A stretch of 64,000 nt of DNA from a virus: positions 5,683 through 69,682 of IMG/VR virus record IMGVR_UViG_3300024177_000003, one strand, 5' to 3'. Positions 18,846-27,269 of the stretch are shown piece after piece; within the stretch, counting starts at the first letter, position 1, and each line of letters starts with the position of its first letter. The notes beneath the pieces are model-generated. The model was given only the letters and a program-made list of their open reading frames with translations. It did not search any database and had not been told where the DNA came from. The position numbers and the translations under genes are program-made.

Positions 18846-20705
18846 GTGGCGCTAATAAAGCATTTCCTGGTCGTAGACTTTGAGAGCTATTACGATCAGG
18901 ATTTTAGCCTTCGCAAGATTTCCCCGCCCGAATACATCCTCGGCGACAAGTTCAAAACCCACATTATGGGGGTGTGGGATCCCAACACATGGCTCGCACC
19001 GCGGACATTTCTGCATGAAGAAATTCCCGGACTGCTCGCCGATTATCCGGCGGCCGACACCGCCATGGTCAGCCACAACGCGCTGTTTGACATGTCCATT
19101 TTGTCGTGGCGTTACGGCTATGTCCCGCGCCGCATGCTCTGTACCATGTCCATGGCGCGCGCGCTCTATACGCTCAAATCCTACAGTCTCGGCAACTTGG
19201 CCAGCGCCTTATTCGGACATAATCCGAAGGGCGACATCATCCATAAAGTGAAAGGCATGGGCATTGCCGATATCAAGCAAGCCGGCCTTTGGCCTGTCTA
19301 TAATACCTACTGTATGAACGATGTGCGGATCTGCTGGCACATCTTCCAGCGGCTTTACGCCATGTTCCCCGTCGAGGAGCAGATCGTGCTCGATCTGGTG
19401 CTGCGCTGTGCCGTCGAGCCGGTCCTGGAGGCCGACATCCCGCTGCTGACCGAGCATCTGGTCGATGTTCGCCGGAAGAAGGCGGCGCTGTTGAGCGAGG
19501 CCGGCAGGGAGAAGACCGCGCTGATGTCTACGGCGCAGTTTCGCACCGCGCTGGAGCGGCTTGGCGTCGAGATCGCGTATAAGGCGTCGCCGCGAGATCC
19601 CAACAAGTTCATTCCGGCGTTTTCCAAGACCGACGCATTCATGTCCGAGCTGCTGAGCTACTGCGGATCGGGTGATGACGATGTGAACTGGGCGGTGCAG
19701 ACGCTTGCGGCGGCACGGCTGAATTTCAAGTCCACGATCGAGGAGACCCGTGCCGAGCGATTCGTGACGGTTGCGAGTCAGTCATGGCCAAGCGGCCGGC
19801 CGTTGATGCCGATCCCTTTGCGGTATGGTGGTGCTCACACGCATCGTCTTGCTGGGGATTGGCAGATGAACATGCAGAACCTGACCCGGGACCAGAAAAA
19901 GAGCAAGCTGCGCACGTCGCTGCGGGCGCCGCGCGGGTGCAAGATCCTGGCGCCCGACCTGTCGCAGATCGAAGCGCGCATCGTCGCCACACTGGCCGGG
20001 CAGGATGATCTGATCGCGGCGTTCGCTGCCGGCGTCGACGTCTATGCCGAGTTCGCCAGCGTCATTTTCGGGCATCCCGTCAACAAGAAGGATCATCCGG
20101 TCGAGCGGTTCGTCGGCAAGACCGGCATCCTGGGGCTTGGCTATGGCTGCGGCCATGAGCGGTTTTTCGCTATGGTGACGGCGCAGGCGCGGCAGAACAA
20201 TATCAGCCTGGCCGGTCTGTTCGATAAGGAAACGGCCGAACGCACCGTGCAGACCTATCGCAGCCGCTACGCCATGATCCCGCGGGCTTGGTACGTGCTC
20301 GACGGTTTTTGGCAAAAGTACATCAATGGGCCCGGTGCGGAAAAACTTTGGCCGGATCCCGAATACGGTCCGCTATTGTTCAAACCCAAGACAATCGTGC
20401 TGCCCAACGACTTGACGCTGCGCTACACCGGCGATGAAAAGCTCTGGGGCGGCGTGATCCTCGAAAATGCCACGCAGGCACTCGCCCGCGTGCTGATCAT
20501 GCAGGTGGCTGTGCGATTGTCCAAGCGCGGCTACCGATTCGTGATGCAGGCGCATGATGAGTTGATGTACGTTGTGGACGCAACACTGGTTGACGAATCC
20601 AAAGCGGTGATTATGGAAGAGATGACACGCCGGCCGGCATGGCTGCCGGAGCTGCCGGTCGCTGCCGAGATTGGGGTTGGTGACACCTACGCAGAAAGCA
20701 AATAG
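18846..20705 (+). CDS. Family A DNA polymerase with 3'-5' exonuclease
   Basis: Exo motifs DFESY, HNALFD and YCMND; motif A DLSQIEARI; motif B RFVGKTGILGLGYG; motif C AHDEL. Start is probably GTG at 18846. Confidence 0.95.
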   Translation: MALIKHFLVVDFESYYDQDFSLRKISPPEYILGDKFKTHIMGVWDPNTWLAPRTFLHEEIPGLLADYPAADTAMVSHNALFDMSILSWRYGYVPRRMLCTMSMARALYTLKSYSLGNLASALFGHNPKGDIIHKVKGMGIADIKQAGLWPVYNTYCMNDVRICWHIFQRLYAMFPVEEQIVLDLVLRCAVEPVLEADIPLLTEHLVDVRRKKAALLSEAGREKTALMSTAQFRTALERLGVEIAYKASPRDPNKFIPAFSKTDAFMSELLSYCGSGDDDVNWAVQTLAAARLNFKSTIEETRAERFVTVASQSWPSGRPLMPIPLRYGGAHTHRLAGDWQMNMQNLTRDQKKSKLRTSLRAPRGCKILAPDLSQIEARIVATLAGQDDLIAAFAAGVDVYAEFASVIFGHPVNKKDHPVERFVGKTGILGLGYGCGHERFFAMVTAQARQNNISLAGLFDKETAERTVQTYRSRYAMIPRAWYVLDGFWQKYINGPGAEKLWPDPEYGPLLFKPKTIVLPNDLTLRYTGDEKLWGGVILENATQALARVLIMQVAVRLSKRGYRFVMQAHDELMYVVDATLVDESKAVIMEEMTRRPAWLPELPVAAEIGVGDTYAESK

Positions 20706-20707
20706 CC

Positions 20708-20917
20708 ATGGACATCTGGACGATTTACGACCACCCGCGCGATCAACCCGATAAGTTCGTGATGCGGAAATGGCAGGTGACGGAAGAAATCGTCGCCGGG
20801 CCCAAGGTCGTCGCCGATTCGCTCGATGAACTGCGCGACCTGGCCCTCACCAACGGCATGGTCTGCGTCACCCGCCACACTACGGACGACCCCAAGATCG
20901 TCGAAAGCTGGATATGA
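20708..20917 (+). CDS. Hypothetical protein
   Basis: WTIYDHPRDQPDKFVMR...DDPKIVESW, a recurrent phage family pattern. Confidence 0.7.
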   Translation: MDIWTIYDHPRDQPDKFVMRKWQVTEEIVAGPKVVADSLDELRDLALTNGMVCVTRHTTDDPKIVESWI

Positions 20918-21198
20918 TGGCCAACACCAGCGCATCGTCCTACCATCAAACGAATCAATCGGAGATATCATCGTGTCCTACGCCGACGTCCTCAGCGCCG
21001 AAGAAATTCATAGAGCGATGCTTGACGGCAAAAACTTGTACCGTGCCGGCGAATCGGCAGCCGAATGCCTAACGGTGTCGCATAAGACGCCGGCCAACAA
21101 CATCTATTACCGGCTCGAAGTCATCGATCTGATGCGACTGGTCGGTTTCCTGACAGCCTGTGCCGACGGCATGCCCCGGACAAAAAAGAGCAGCGACG

Positions 21199-21888
21199 AT
21201 GTCATCACAGACGACCGATAAAGGCTTCGCCTTCAGCTACAGCCGCATCAAGGAATACGAAAATTGTCCAAGACGGTACTATGAGACACAGGTCGCCAAG
21301 ACCACCAAGGACACATCCGATCTGCTGGAAGAAGGCGACAAAGTCCACAAGGCCATGGCCAAGGCCTTGATGGACGGCACCCCCCTGCCGCTCAAATATC
21401 GCCAGTGGCAGAAATGGATCGACCGGGTGGCACAGACTCCGGGCGAAATGCTGATCGAAGACGAAGCCCGCTGGGCTTGCACCCGTGATTTCAAGCCGGT
21501 GCCGTTCTTCGCCCCTACGGTGTGGGGGCGGTGTATTGTCGATGTCTACAAGCACGCGCCGCCGGTCGGCTATATCGTCGACTGGAAGGCGGGTAAGAGC
21601 GCGAATGTCGATCCGGTGCAGATGACGCTGATGGCGTTGATGGCATTCATCCACTTTCCGGAGATTGAAATTGTCAAGGGATTTTTTATATGGTTAGGTG
21701 AAGATGATAGTACATCGTACGTCATCGATCGCGAAGATGCCGTCCAACACTGGACGGCGTTAATACCAAGGGTGAAGAGACTTGAAAAAGCAACCAAAGA
21801 CGGCTTCTTCCCGCCGACCCCGAACCGATTCTGTGAACGGTGGTGCCCCTGCACCAATTGTGAGCACAACGGTTCATATGAAGGCTAG
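21199..21888 (+). CDS. PD-(D/E)XK (Cas4/RecB-like) exonuclease
   Basis: SYSRI..YENCPRRY, GDKVH, IVDWKAGK, and a C-terminal C..WCPC..C cluster. Confidence 0.88.
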   Translation: MSSQTTDKGFAFSYSRIKEYENCPRRYYETQVAKTTKDTSDLLEEGDKVHKAMAKALMDGTPLPLKYRQWQKWIDRVAQTPGEMLIEDEARWACTRDFKPVPFFAPTVWGRCIVDVYKHAPPVGYIVDWKAGKSANVDPVQMTLMALMAFIHFPEIEIVKGFFIWLGEDDSTSYVIDREDAVQHWTALIPRVKRLEKATKDGFFPPTPNRFCERWCPCTNCEHNGSYEG

Positions 21889-22285
21889 GCGGCGGGGCCG
21901 GCCACCGAAAGTTCAAGCTGCCCCTGCCGTCGAAAAGAAGGTCCGTAAGGCTCGCGGTCCCGTCAAGCCGACGACGGTGGTCAAGCCGCGGACGCAGGCA
22001 GCGGGCAAGCAGCGCTGTCCGACCTGTGGTGCGTCGTGGCAACCGCCGCTCGATAACGGCGTGCAGCTGACCCCGATCAAGTCGAAGATTTACGACAAGG
22101 TCAAACGCGCTGGGAAGAGCGGAATCGCCATGAGCGATCTTATCGGCAGCGTCTACGGTGACGAGCATGTGACCACGCAGGCGATGCGCAGTCATATCTG
22201 GCAGATCAACGAGCGGCTGGAAGAGGTCGGCACGGCGATCAGGGCGCGGCATGGCGCCTATGTGCTCGAACAGCGTGCCGGATGA
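21878..22285 (+). CDS. Winged-helix (OmpR C-terminal-like) protein with a CxxC and AT-hook-like N-terminus
   Basis: RRGRPP, CPTCG, LTPIKSKIY...LIGSVYG...MRSHIWQINERL...GAYVL. Confidence 0.7.
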   Translation: MKARRRGRPPKVQAAPAVEKKVRKARGPVKPTTVVKPRTQAAGKQRCPTCGASWQPPLDNGVQLTPIKSKIYDKVKRAGKSGIAMSDLIGSVYGDEHVTTQAMRSHIWQINERLEEVGTAIRARHGAYVLEQRAG

Positions 22286-22403
22286 TTTTTCATCTCGTCT
22301 TACATCGGCACGTTGCCGATTTTCTGGCATGCGGTTGGGTGGTGCGCGCCGATCTCGGCGACTACCACGGCCAGTTTGCGGTTATGATGCAGTGGCTTTG
22401 CGA

Positions 22404-22432
22404 TTGCCCCATTCGGAAGCCACTGTTATAAA
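22404..22432 (+). promoter_or_regulatory. Putative promoter for array C and the tas operon
   Basis: TTGCCC-17 nt-TATAAA ends just before the first array unit and overlaps the inverted repeat CAGTGGCTT/AAGCCACTG. Confidence 0.5.
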
Positions 22433-22434
22433 AT

Positions 22435-23051
22435 AACCGCCGGGCGAGGCTAATTGACCCTGACGAAGACAGCGTGCCGGAACCGTAAGAACCATCCGAC
22501 ATTGGGCAGCGTGCCGGAGAAATTCAACTGACCCTAACGACGGTAGCGTGCCGGAACGATATAAGTGACCCTGACGAAGGCAGCGTGCCTGGTGCAACAA
22601 CAGCCACGGACACGTCTTAGCGTGCCGAAGCGCGCCAGTGACCCGTTTCCATATAGCGCGCCCCATGGAACGACAGACCCGAATCCCAATAGCGCGCCGA
22701 TTCCACATAAAAAAGCGCTTGAACTTTTCGGCAACCCGTGTCAACAAACACGGGTCGCCGTGATAGGCGAATGATCCGGGTTGATTAAGCGTGTCGGGGC
22801 GATCTAGCAGTAGCCGTCTAAGAGAAGCGTGCCTTTCCCCACAAGTCATCCAAAACTGAAAGCGTGCCAATGCGGCACAGAGACCCGCAAGGAAAAAGCG
22901 TGCCGGTCAGGGTAAAAGCCTCGATCCCAAGAAGCGTGCCGTACTCATGAAATAACCCCGGCAGACATAGCGCGCCGGCGATGCCCTAGAGACCCGACAC
23001 CCGCAAGCGTGCCGATCTCGCGCCAGTGACCCGGATCCCGATTAGCGTGAA
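22435..23051 (+). ncRNA. TIGR-like array C (~15 units, interrupted by a hairpin)
   Basis: AGCGYGCC-type repeats at 22471, 22508, 22545, 22582, 22619, 22655, 22691, 22788, 22826, 22861, 22897, 22933, 22969, 23006 and 23044, with GACCC loop repeats between. Confidence 0.9.
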
Positions 23052-23097
23052 GAAGCGAAGGAAACAGCATGGGTAAAGAGCAAGGGGAACCCCAATA

Positions 23098-24150
23098 ATG
23101 GCGAAAGACAAGAAAAAGTCCAAAAAGCGCGAGCGGCTGGAACAAACACTCGACCTTCAGCCGCCGGTGTCGGATATGTCATCCGAGGAACTTAAGGCAG
23201 CAGAAATCCACGCCTTGCGCCTCCTCACCCGGGGCGCCTACGCGCTGCAGAAGCTCCGCATCCAGATGGGGCTTCGTCTCTGTGCTAACTTTCGCAATAA
23301 ACTGAAAGTGTCCATTGATGACGTCATCAATGATGAAGAGGATGACGCCGATGAGCTGAGCGAGAAGGCGCAGAGCATTATCGACATGCTCAAGCTGGAA
23401 TACGGCAGGTTGACCGACGGCATCGCCAAGAATCGCACCCTGCCGCGGCGTGAGGGCTTTGTCGGCACCGGCGTGATCTCGACGTTCACCGAACTCGCGC
23501 TGATCGATGATTACCTGTATTTGGAATCGCGTGAGAAAAAACAATTCCGCCATATCGGCGATGCCCTGCAGGATTTCGCCATCTATCGCGATTGGCTGCG
23601 CCATCAGATCGGCATCGGGCCGGCCATGGCGGCCGTGCTGATCACCAAGTTCGACGTCCATAAAGCGGTTCGTCCAAGCCAATTCTGGGCCATCGCAGGA
23701 CTCGATGTTGGTCCGGACGGCAAGGCGCGGTGCCGGCGCAAGGAACATCTCATCGAGCGCGAATACGTTGCCAAGGACGGCAAGACCAAAAAGAAACTCT
23801 CGACAACCTTTGATACATGGCTACAATCACGGTTGCTGGGCGCTTTGGGGACGTCGCTGATGCGAACGGGTTCACCGTATAAACGCTTCTACGACGGCTA
23901 TAAAAAACGTAAACAGGACGACCCGAATATCCGGCACGGGACACTGAAAGATAAAAAAGCGGATATCGACGCCGGCTTGGACGGCGATGACATCTGGCAC
24001 CCGTTGCGGATCCACCGTGCTGCCAGCCGGTACATGGTGAAAACATTCGTCGCCGACTTTTGGCGGCGGTGGCGCGAGATCGAGGGGCTGCCCGTTGTTC
24101 CGACATACCACGAAGCCAAGCAGGGCGGGCACAGCGGGAGGGCAGCATGA
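23098..24150 (+). CDS. TasA-like Nop-domain / IS110-related RNA-binding protein lacking a nuclease domain
   Basis: Coiled-coil LRLLTRGAYALQKLRIQMG, HhH-like GIGPAMAAVLI, SQFWAIAGL and IHRAASRYMVK. No N-terminal DEDD RuvC, no HNH, no IS110 catalytic-Ser 'SSG' loop. Flanked by 36-nt dual-repeat arrays. Confidence 0.85.
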   Translation: MAKDKKKSKKRERLEQTLDLQPPVSDMSSEELKAAEIHALRLLTRGAYALQKLRIQMGLRLCANFRNKLKVSIDDVINDEEDDADELSEKAQSIIDMLKLEYGRLTDGIAKNRTLPRREGFVGTGVISTFTELALIDDYLYLESREKKQFRHIGDALQDFAIYRDWLRHQIGIGPAMAAVLITKFDVHKAVRPSQFWAIAGLDVGPDGKARCRRKEHLIEREYVAKDGKTKKKLSTTFDTWLQSRLLGALGTSLMRTGSPYKRFYDGYKKRKQDDPNIRHGTLKDKKADIDAGLDGDDIWHPLRIHRAASRYMVKTFVADFWRRWREIEGLPVVPTYHEAKQGGHSGRAA

Positions 24151-24398
24151 AAACCACACGGCTTCCTAAATTCGCTTGTCTAGCCTGTGGATCGGTTCAT
24201 GATGCGGCGACGCATCCGACCGGCAACCACAAGCCGAAGAAAGGCGACATCTTCGTCTGCGTTCGCTGTGGAGCCCCGGCAATTTTTGAGAATCCGAATA
24301 CGATCAGGCAGATGACAGAAAAGGAGAAAGCTGAAGAAATGAAAGTAAATCCGGATCTTGTACAAGTGCAAACGGCAGTCCGGATGCTGCGTAATTAG
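24147..24398 (+). CDS. Small zinc-ribbon protein
   Basis: CLACG...CVRCG; ATGA-coupled to the Tas-like gene. Confidence 0.7.
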   Translation: MKTTRLPKFACLACGSVHDAATHPTGNHKPKKGDIFVCVRCGAPAIFENPNTIRQMTEKEKAEEMKVNPDLVQVQTAVRMLRN

Positions 24399-24439
24399 CG
24401 TGCCGTCCAAGTGCGAATGACCCGACATGAGAAAGCGCC
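24397..24439 (+). ncRNA. Solitary TIGR-like unit between two genes
   Basis: AGCGTGCCG TCCAAGTGCG AATGACCCG ACATGAGAA AGCGCC fills the whole intergenic gap. Confidence 0.75.
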
Positions 24440-24670
24440 ATGCCAAAACTCGGACCGACCGGTGACTACCCTGAAGGCAAGTTGAACGGTGATGACGAAG
24501 GCGGGATCGCGATCGGTGTCGCCTATGACCCGGAAAAGGACGTCGTGGTCGTCAATTTCGGCAAGCCGATTAGGTGGGTAGCTATGCCGCCAGCCGACGC
24601 AATCGCGTTCGCGCGCATGATTTTATCATCAGCGCATCGTGAACATGACGGGAAGAATCTGCCGGTGTGA
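24440..24670 (+). CDS. Hypothetical protein
   Basis: LGPTGDYPEGKLNGDDEG...VVNFGKPIRWVAM, a recurrent phage family pattern. Confidence 0.75.
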   Translation: MPKLGPTGDYPEGKLNGDDEGGIAIGVAYDPEKDVVVVNFGKPIRWVAMPPADAIAFARMILSSAHREHDGKNLPV

Positions 24671-25394
24671 TAAAGATATCCGACGGATCTTAGCGTGCCG
24701 ATGTGGTAAAGTGAAGACCGTAAAGGAGGAGCGTGCCGGAGCGACAAAGAGAACCGTTAGCACGTAGCGCGCCGACAGCGACAAAGAGATCCGACGGCTT
24801 GCAGCGCGCCGCTTAAACGTAGTTGACACCTAAGGACGATAGCGTGCCGTGCGAGACAAGACATCCGTAGTAAAGTAGCGCGCCGCTCATCAAGAACGAT
24901 CCGGAGATGAGCAGCGTGTCGTCATCGCGTAGAGACCCGCAGACCTGAAGCGTGCCGAATGTCCAGAAAGCCCCGATGTGGTGGAGTGTGCCGAACAAGC
25001 TGTGTTCGCGGACCCGTCAACGAGTAGCGTGCCGTTGGGACGAAGAGACCCGTGGCGATGGAGCGCGCCATAAATACTAGTCACCCGGAAACGAGTAGCG
25101 TGCCGAGGACGGCGAAACACCCTTGAAAGACAAGCGCGCCGTGATTGCGCAGTGACCCGGTAGACCGTAGCGTGCCGTACGTAAACAAAGCCCCGGATGA
25201 AGGAAAGCGTGCCATGAGCCGATAGTGACCCGAAGATGGTGAGCGTGCCGGTATTTGACAGCGACCCTCGGATCTCTAGCGTGCCGCGACCCTTAAAGTG
25301 ATCCGATCGCGCCAAGCGTGCCCGGTGGTTAAGATACCCGACAACCCGTAGCGTGCCGGATATTAGCAAGAGACCCGTCGTAGCGTAGCGTGTT
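24657..25394 (+). ncRNA. TIGR-like array D (~20 units)
   Basis: Edge repeats at 24692, 24730, 24766, 24803, 24841, 24877, 24913, 24949, 24985, 25026, 25062, 25097, 25133, 25169, 25206, 25242, 25278, 25315, 25350 and 25387. Example unit: AGCGTGCCG TTGGGACGA AGAGACCCG TGGCGATGG (9+9+9+9). Confidence 0.9.
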
Positions 25395-25405
25395 AATGTC
25401 GTTCC

Positions 25406-25792
25406 ATGCTGGAACGCCAAATCAAGAAAGCCGTTAAACTGCGGCTGAAACAACTCGGGTCCGAATGCTGGTCGTTCTGGCCCGTGAGCAACGGAATGGG
25501 CGCACCATGTCTTGACTGCCATGGTGTGCTTCGCGGCCGGGCTTTCGCCATCGAAACGAAAGCACCGGGCAAAAAACCGACGCCCCGGCAGCGCCTGACC
25601 ATCCATGAGCTGGTCGCTGCCGGGACACTTGTTTACGTGATTGACAATCCTGAGGATGCCAATGCCCTCTTTACCAATAATCCACCGCCCGTCGCAGACG
25701 GTGTTGATCCCATACGACCAGATTCAAGGCCTGTTCCCCGACACCCCGACAATCGACTACGAAGGCGTCCGATGGGCCGTTTTGCCTCATGA
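25406..25792 (+). CDS. VRR-NUC domain nuclease
   Basis: E..IK..V, G.P.LD and FAIETKAPGKKPTPRQ motifs. Confidence 0.88.
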   Translation: MLERQIKKAVKLRLKQLGSECWSFWPVSNGMGAPCLDCHGVLRGRAFAIETKAPGKKPTPRQRLTIHELVAAGTLVYVIDNPEDANALFTNNPPPVADGVDPIRPDSRPVPRHPDNRLRRRPMGRFAS

Positions 25793-27269
25793 TCCGTACA
25801 CGCAGGTCAAGCTGCGTGCCGTCGATGTCGACATCCCGGCGCCGATCCTGCACCACTATGACTGGAAAAGCGCCGATCGGCTGGTGCCGTTCAAGGTCCA
25901 GCGCCTCACCGCAGCGCTCGCGACGTCTTGGCAACGCGCTTACATCTTGAACGACCTCGGCACCGGTAAGACCCGTGCTGCGCTTTGGGCGTGGCGTTAT
26001 CTACACATGGTCGGAATGTCGAAAAAACTTCTGGTGGTCGCACCGCTGTCCACGATCCGTTTCACCTGGGCCGCCGAGGCCGCGATGTCGATGCCGGACA
26101 TCAAGGTTGCCGTTCTGCACGGCACGCGCAAGCAGCGCGAAGCGCTGTTGGCATCGGATGCCGATATTTACGTCATCAACCACCACGGGCTGCGCATCCT
26201 GGAAGACGACATCGCCAAGCGCGACGATATCGACTGCATGGTGATCGATGAACTGGCGGTTTATCGCAACAACAGCCAACGTTCCAAGGCGATGCGTAAA
26301 TTCGCGCAGCATTTCACCTGGGTGTGGGGCATGACCGGACGCCCCATGCCGCAGTCACCGGTCGATGTGTGGGGGCAATGTAAAATCATCACGCCGCAGA
26401 ACGTGCCGAAATACTACACGCATGCCAAGACGGCGTTGATGCAGCAGGTGGGCCCCTACGCGTGGGTGCAGCGTGAGGGCGCCAAGGAACTGGCGTTTTC
26501 CTGGATGCAGCCGGCGGTCAGGTTTTCACTGGATGACGTCACCGAGCTGCCGGAGGCGATTTACCGATTCGAAAACATCGCCATGACGGATGAACAGCAG
26601 TTCGCCTACCGGCACATGGCCAATGAATTTGCCGTCATGGTTAACAGTGAACGGATCGTCGCCGCCAATGCCGGTGTAGCACTTGGCAAGCTGCTGCAGA
26701 TTGCGGCCGGGTACGTCTACAGCACGAACCCCGATTATCTGACACTCGATTCGGCACCGCGGCAGCAGCGGCTGCTGGAACTGATCGATGAAGCCTCCGA
26801 CGCCAAGATCATTGTTTTCGCGAATTGGCGACATTTGATTGACAATCTGTCGGAATTGCTTAAGAAGGAAGACATCGAGCACGCCGTGATTCACGGCGAT
26901 GTCAAAGACAGAGAGCGTAGTCACATCTTCAGTGACTTTCAAAACACAAGCAAGTACCGTGTGCTACTCGCGCATCCGCAGACAATGGCTCATGGTGTTA
27001 CATTAACCGCCGCAGCAACAATGATCTGGTACGGCCCTGTGCCGAGCTTAGACATCTACGAACAAGCCTGTGCAAGAATAAGACGTCCAAGCCAAAAGAA
27101 AAAACAACTGTACATTCACTTTCAAGCTACCGGTGCCGAACGCCGTATCTACACGCTGCTCCGGCAGCGCGCAAAAATGCAGAATGCGTTCTTAGACATG
27201 TTACGCGACGCGACAAAAGAAGGAGCAAGGGACAATGACAGTCTGGGACATGAACAATCTGGTTGCTGA
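25641..27269 (+). CDS. SNF2-like superfamily 2 helicase
   Basis: DLGTGKT, VIDE, MTGRP, HGVTLT and QACARIRRPSQ motifs. The true start may be a downstream ATG (~25656). Confidence 0.92.
   Translation: MTILRMPMPSLPIIHRPSQTVLIPYDQIQGLFPDTPTIDYEGVRWAVLPHDPYTQVKLRAVDVDIPAPILHHYDWKSADRLVPFKVQRLTAALATSWQRAYILNDLGTGKTRAALWAWRYLHMVGMSKKLLVVAPLSTIRFTWAAEAAMSMPDIKVAVLHGTRKQREALLASDADIYVINHHGLRILEDDIAKRDDIDCMVIDELAVYRNNSQRSKAMRKFAQHFTWVWGMTGRPMPQSPVDVWGQCKIITPQNVPKYYTHAKTALMQQVGPYAWVQREGAKELAFSWMQPAVRFSLDDVTELPEAIYRFENIAMTDEQQFAYRHMANEFAVMVNSERIVAANAGVALGKLLQIAAGYVYSTNPDYLTLDSAPRQQRLLELIDEASDAKIIVFANWRHLIDNLSELLKKEDIEHAVIHGDVKDRERSHIFSDFQNTSKYRVLLAHPQTMAHGVTLTAAATMIWYGPVPSLDIYEQACARIRRPSQKKKQLYIHFQATGAERRIYTLLRQRAKMQNAFLDMLRDATKEGARDNDSLGHEQSGC

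Noticed and set aside
23098-24150. IS110 transposase / insertion sequence
   Set aside because: It lacks the N-terminal DEDD RuvC domain and the catalytic serine loop, and is flanked by tandem arrays instead of IS ends.
22435-25394. CRISPR array interpretation, with 21199-21888 as Cas4
   Set aside because: Repeats are only ~9 nt and alternate between two types with 9-nt spacers. There is no cas1/cas2, and the exonuclease sits in a standard phage replication module.
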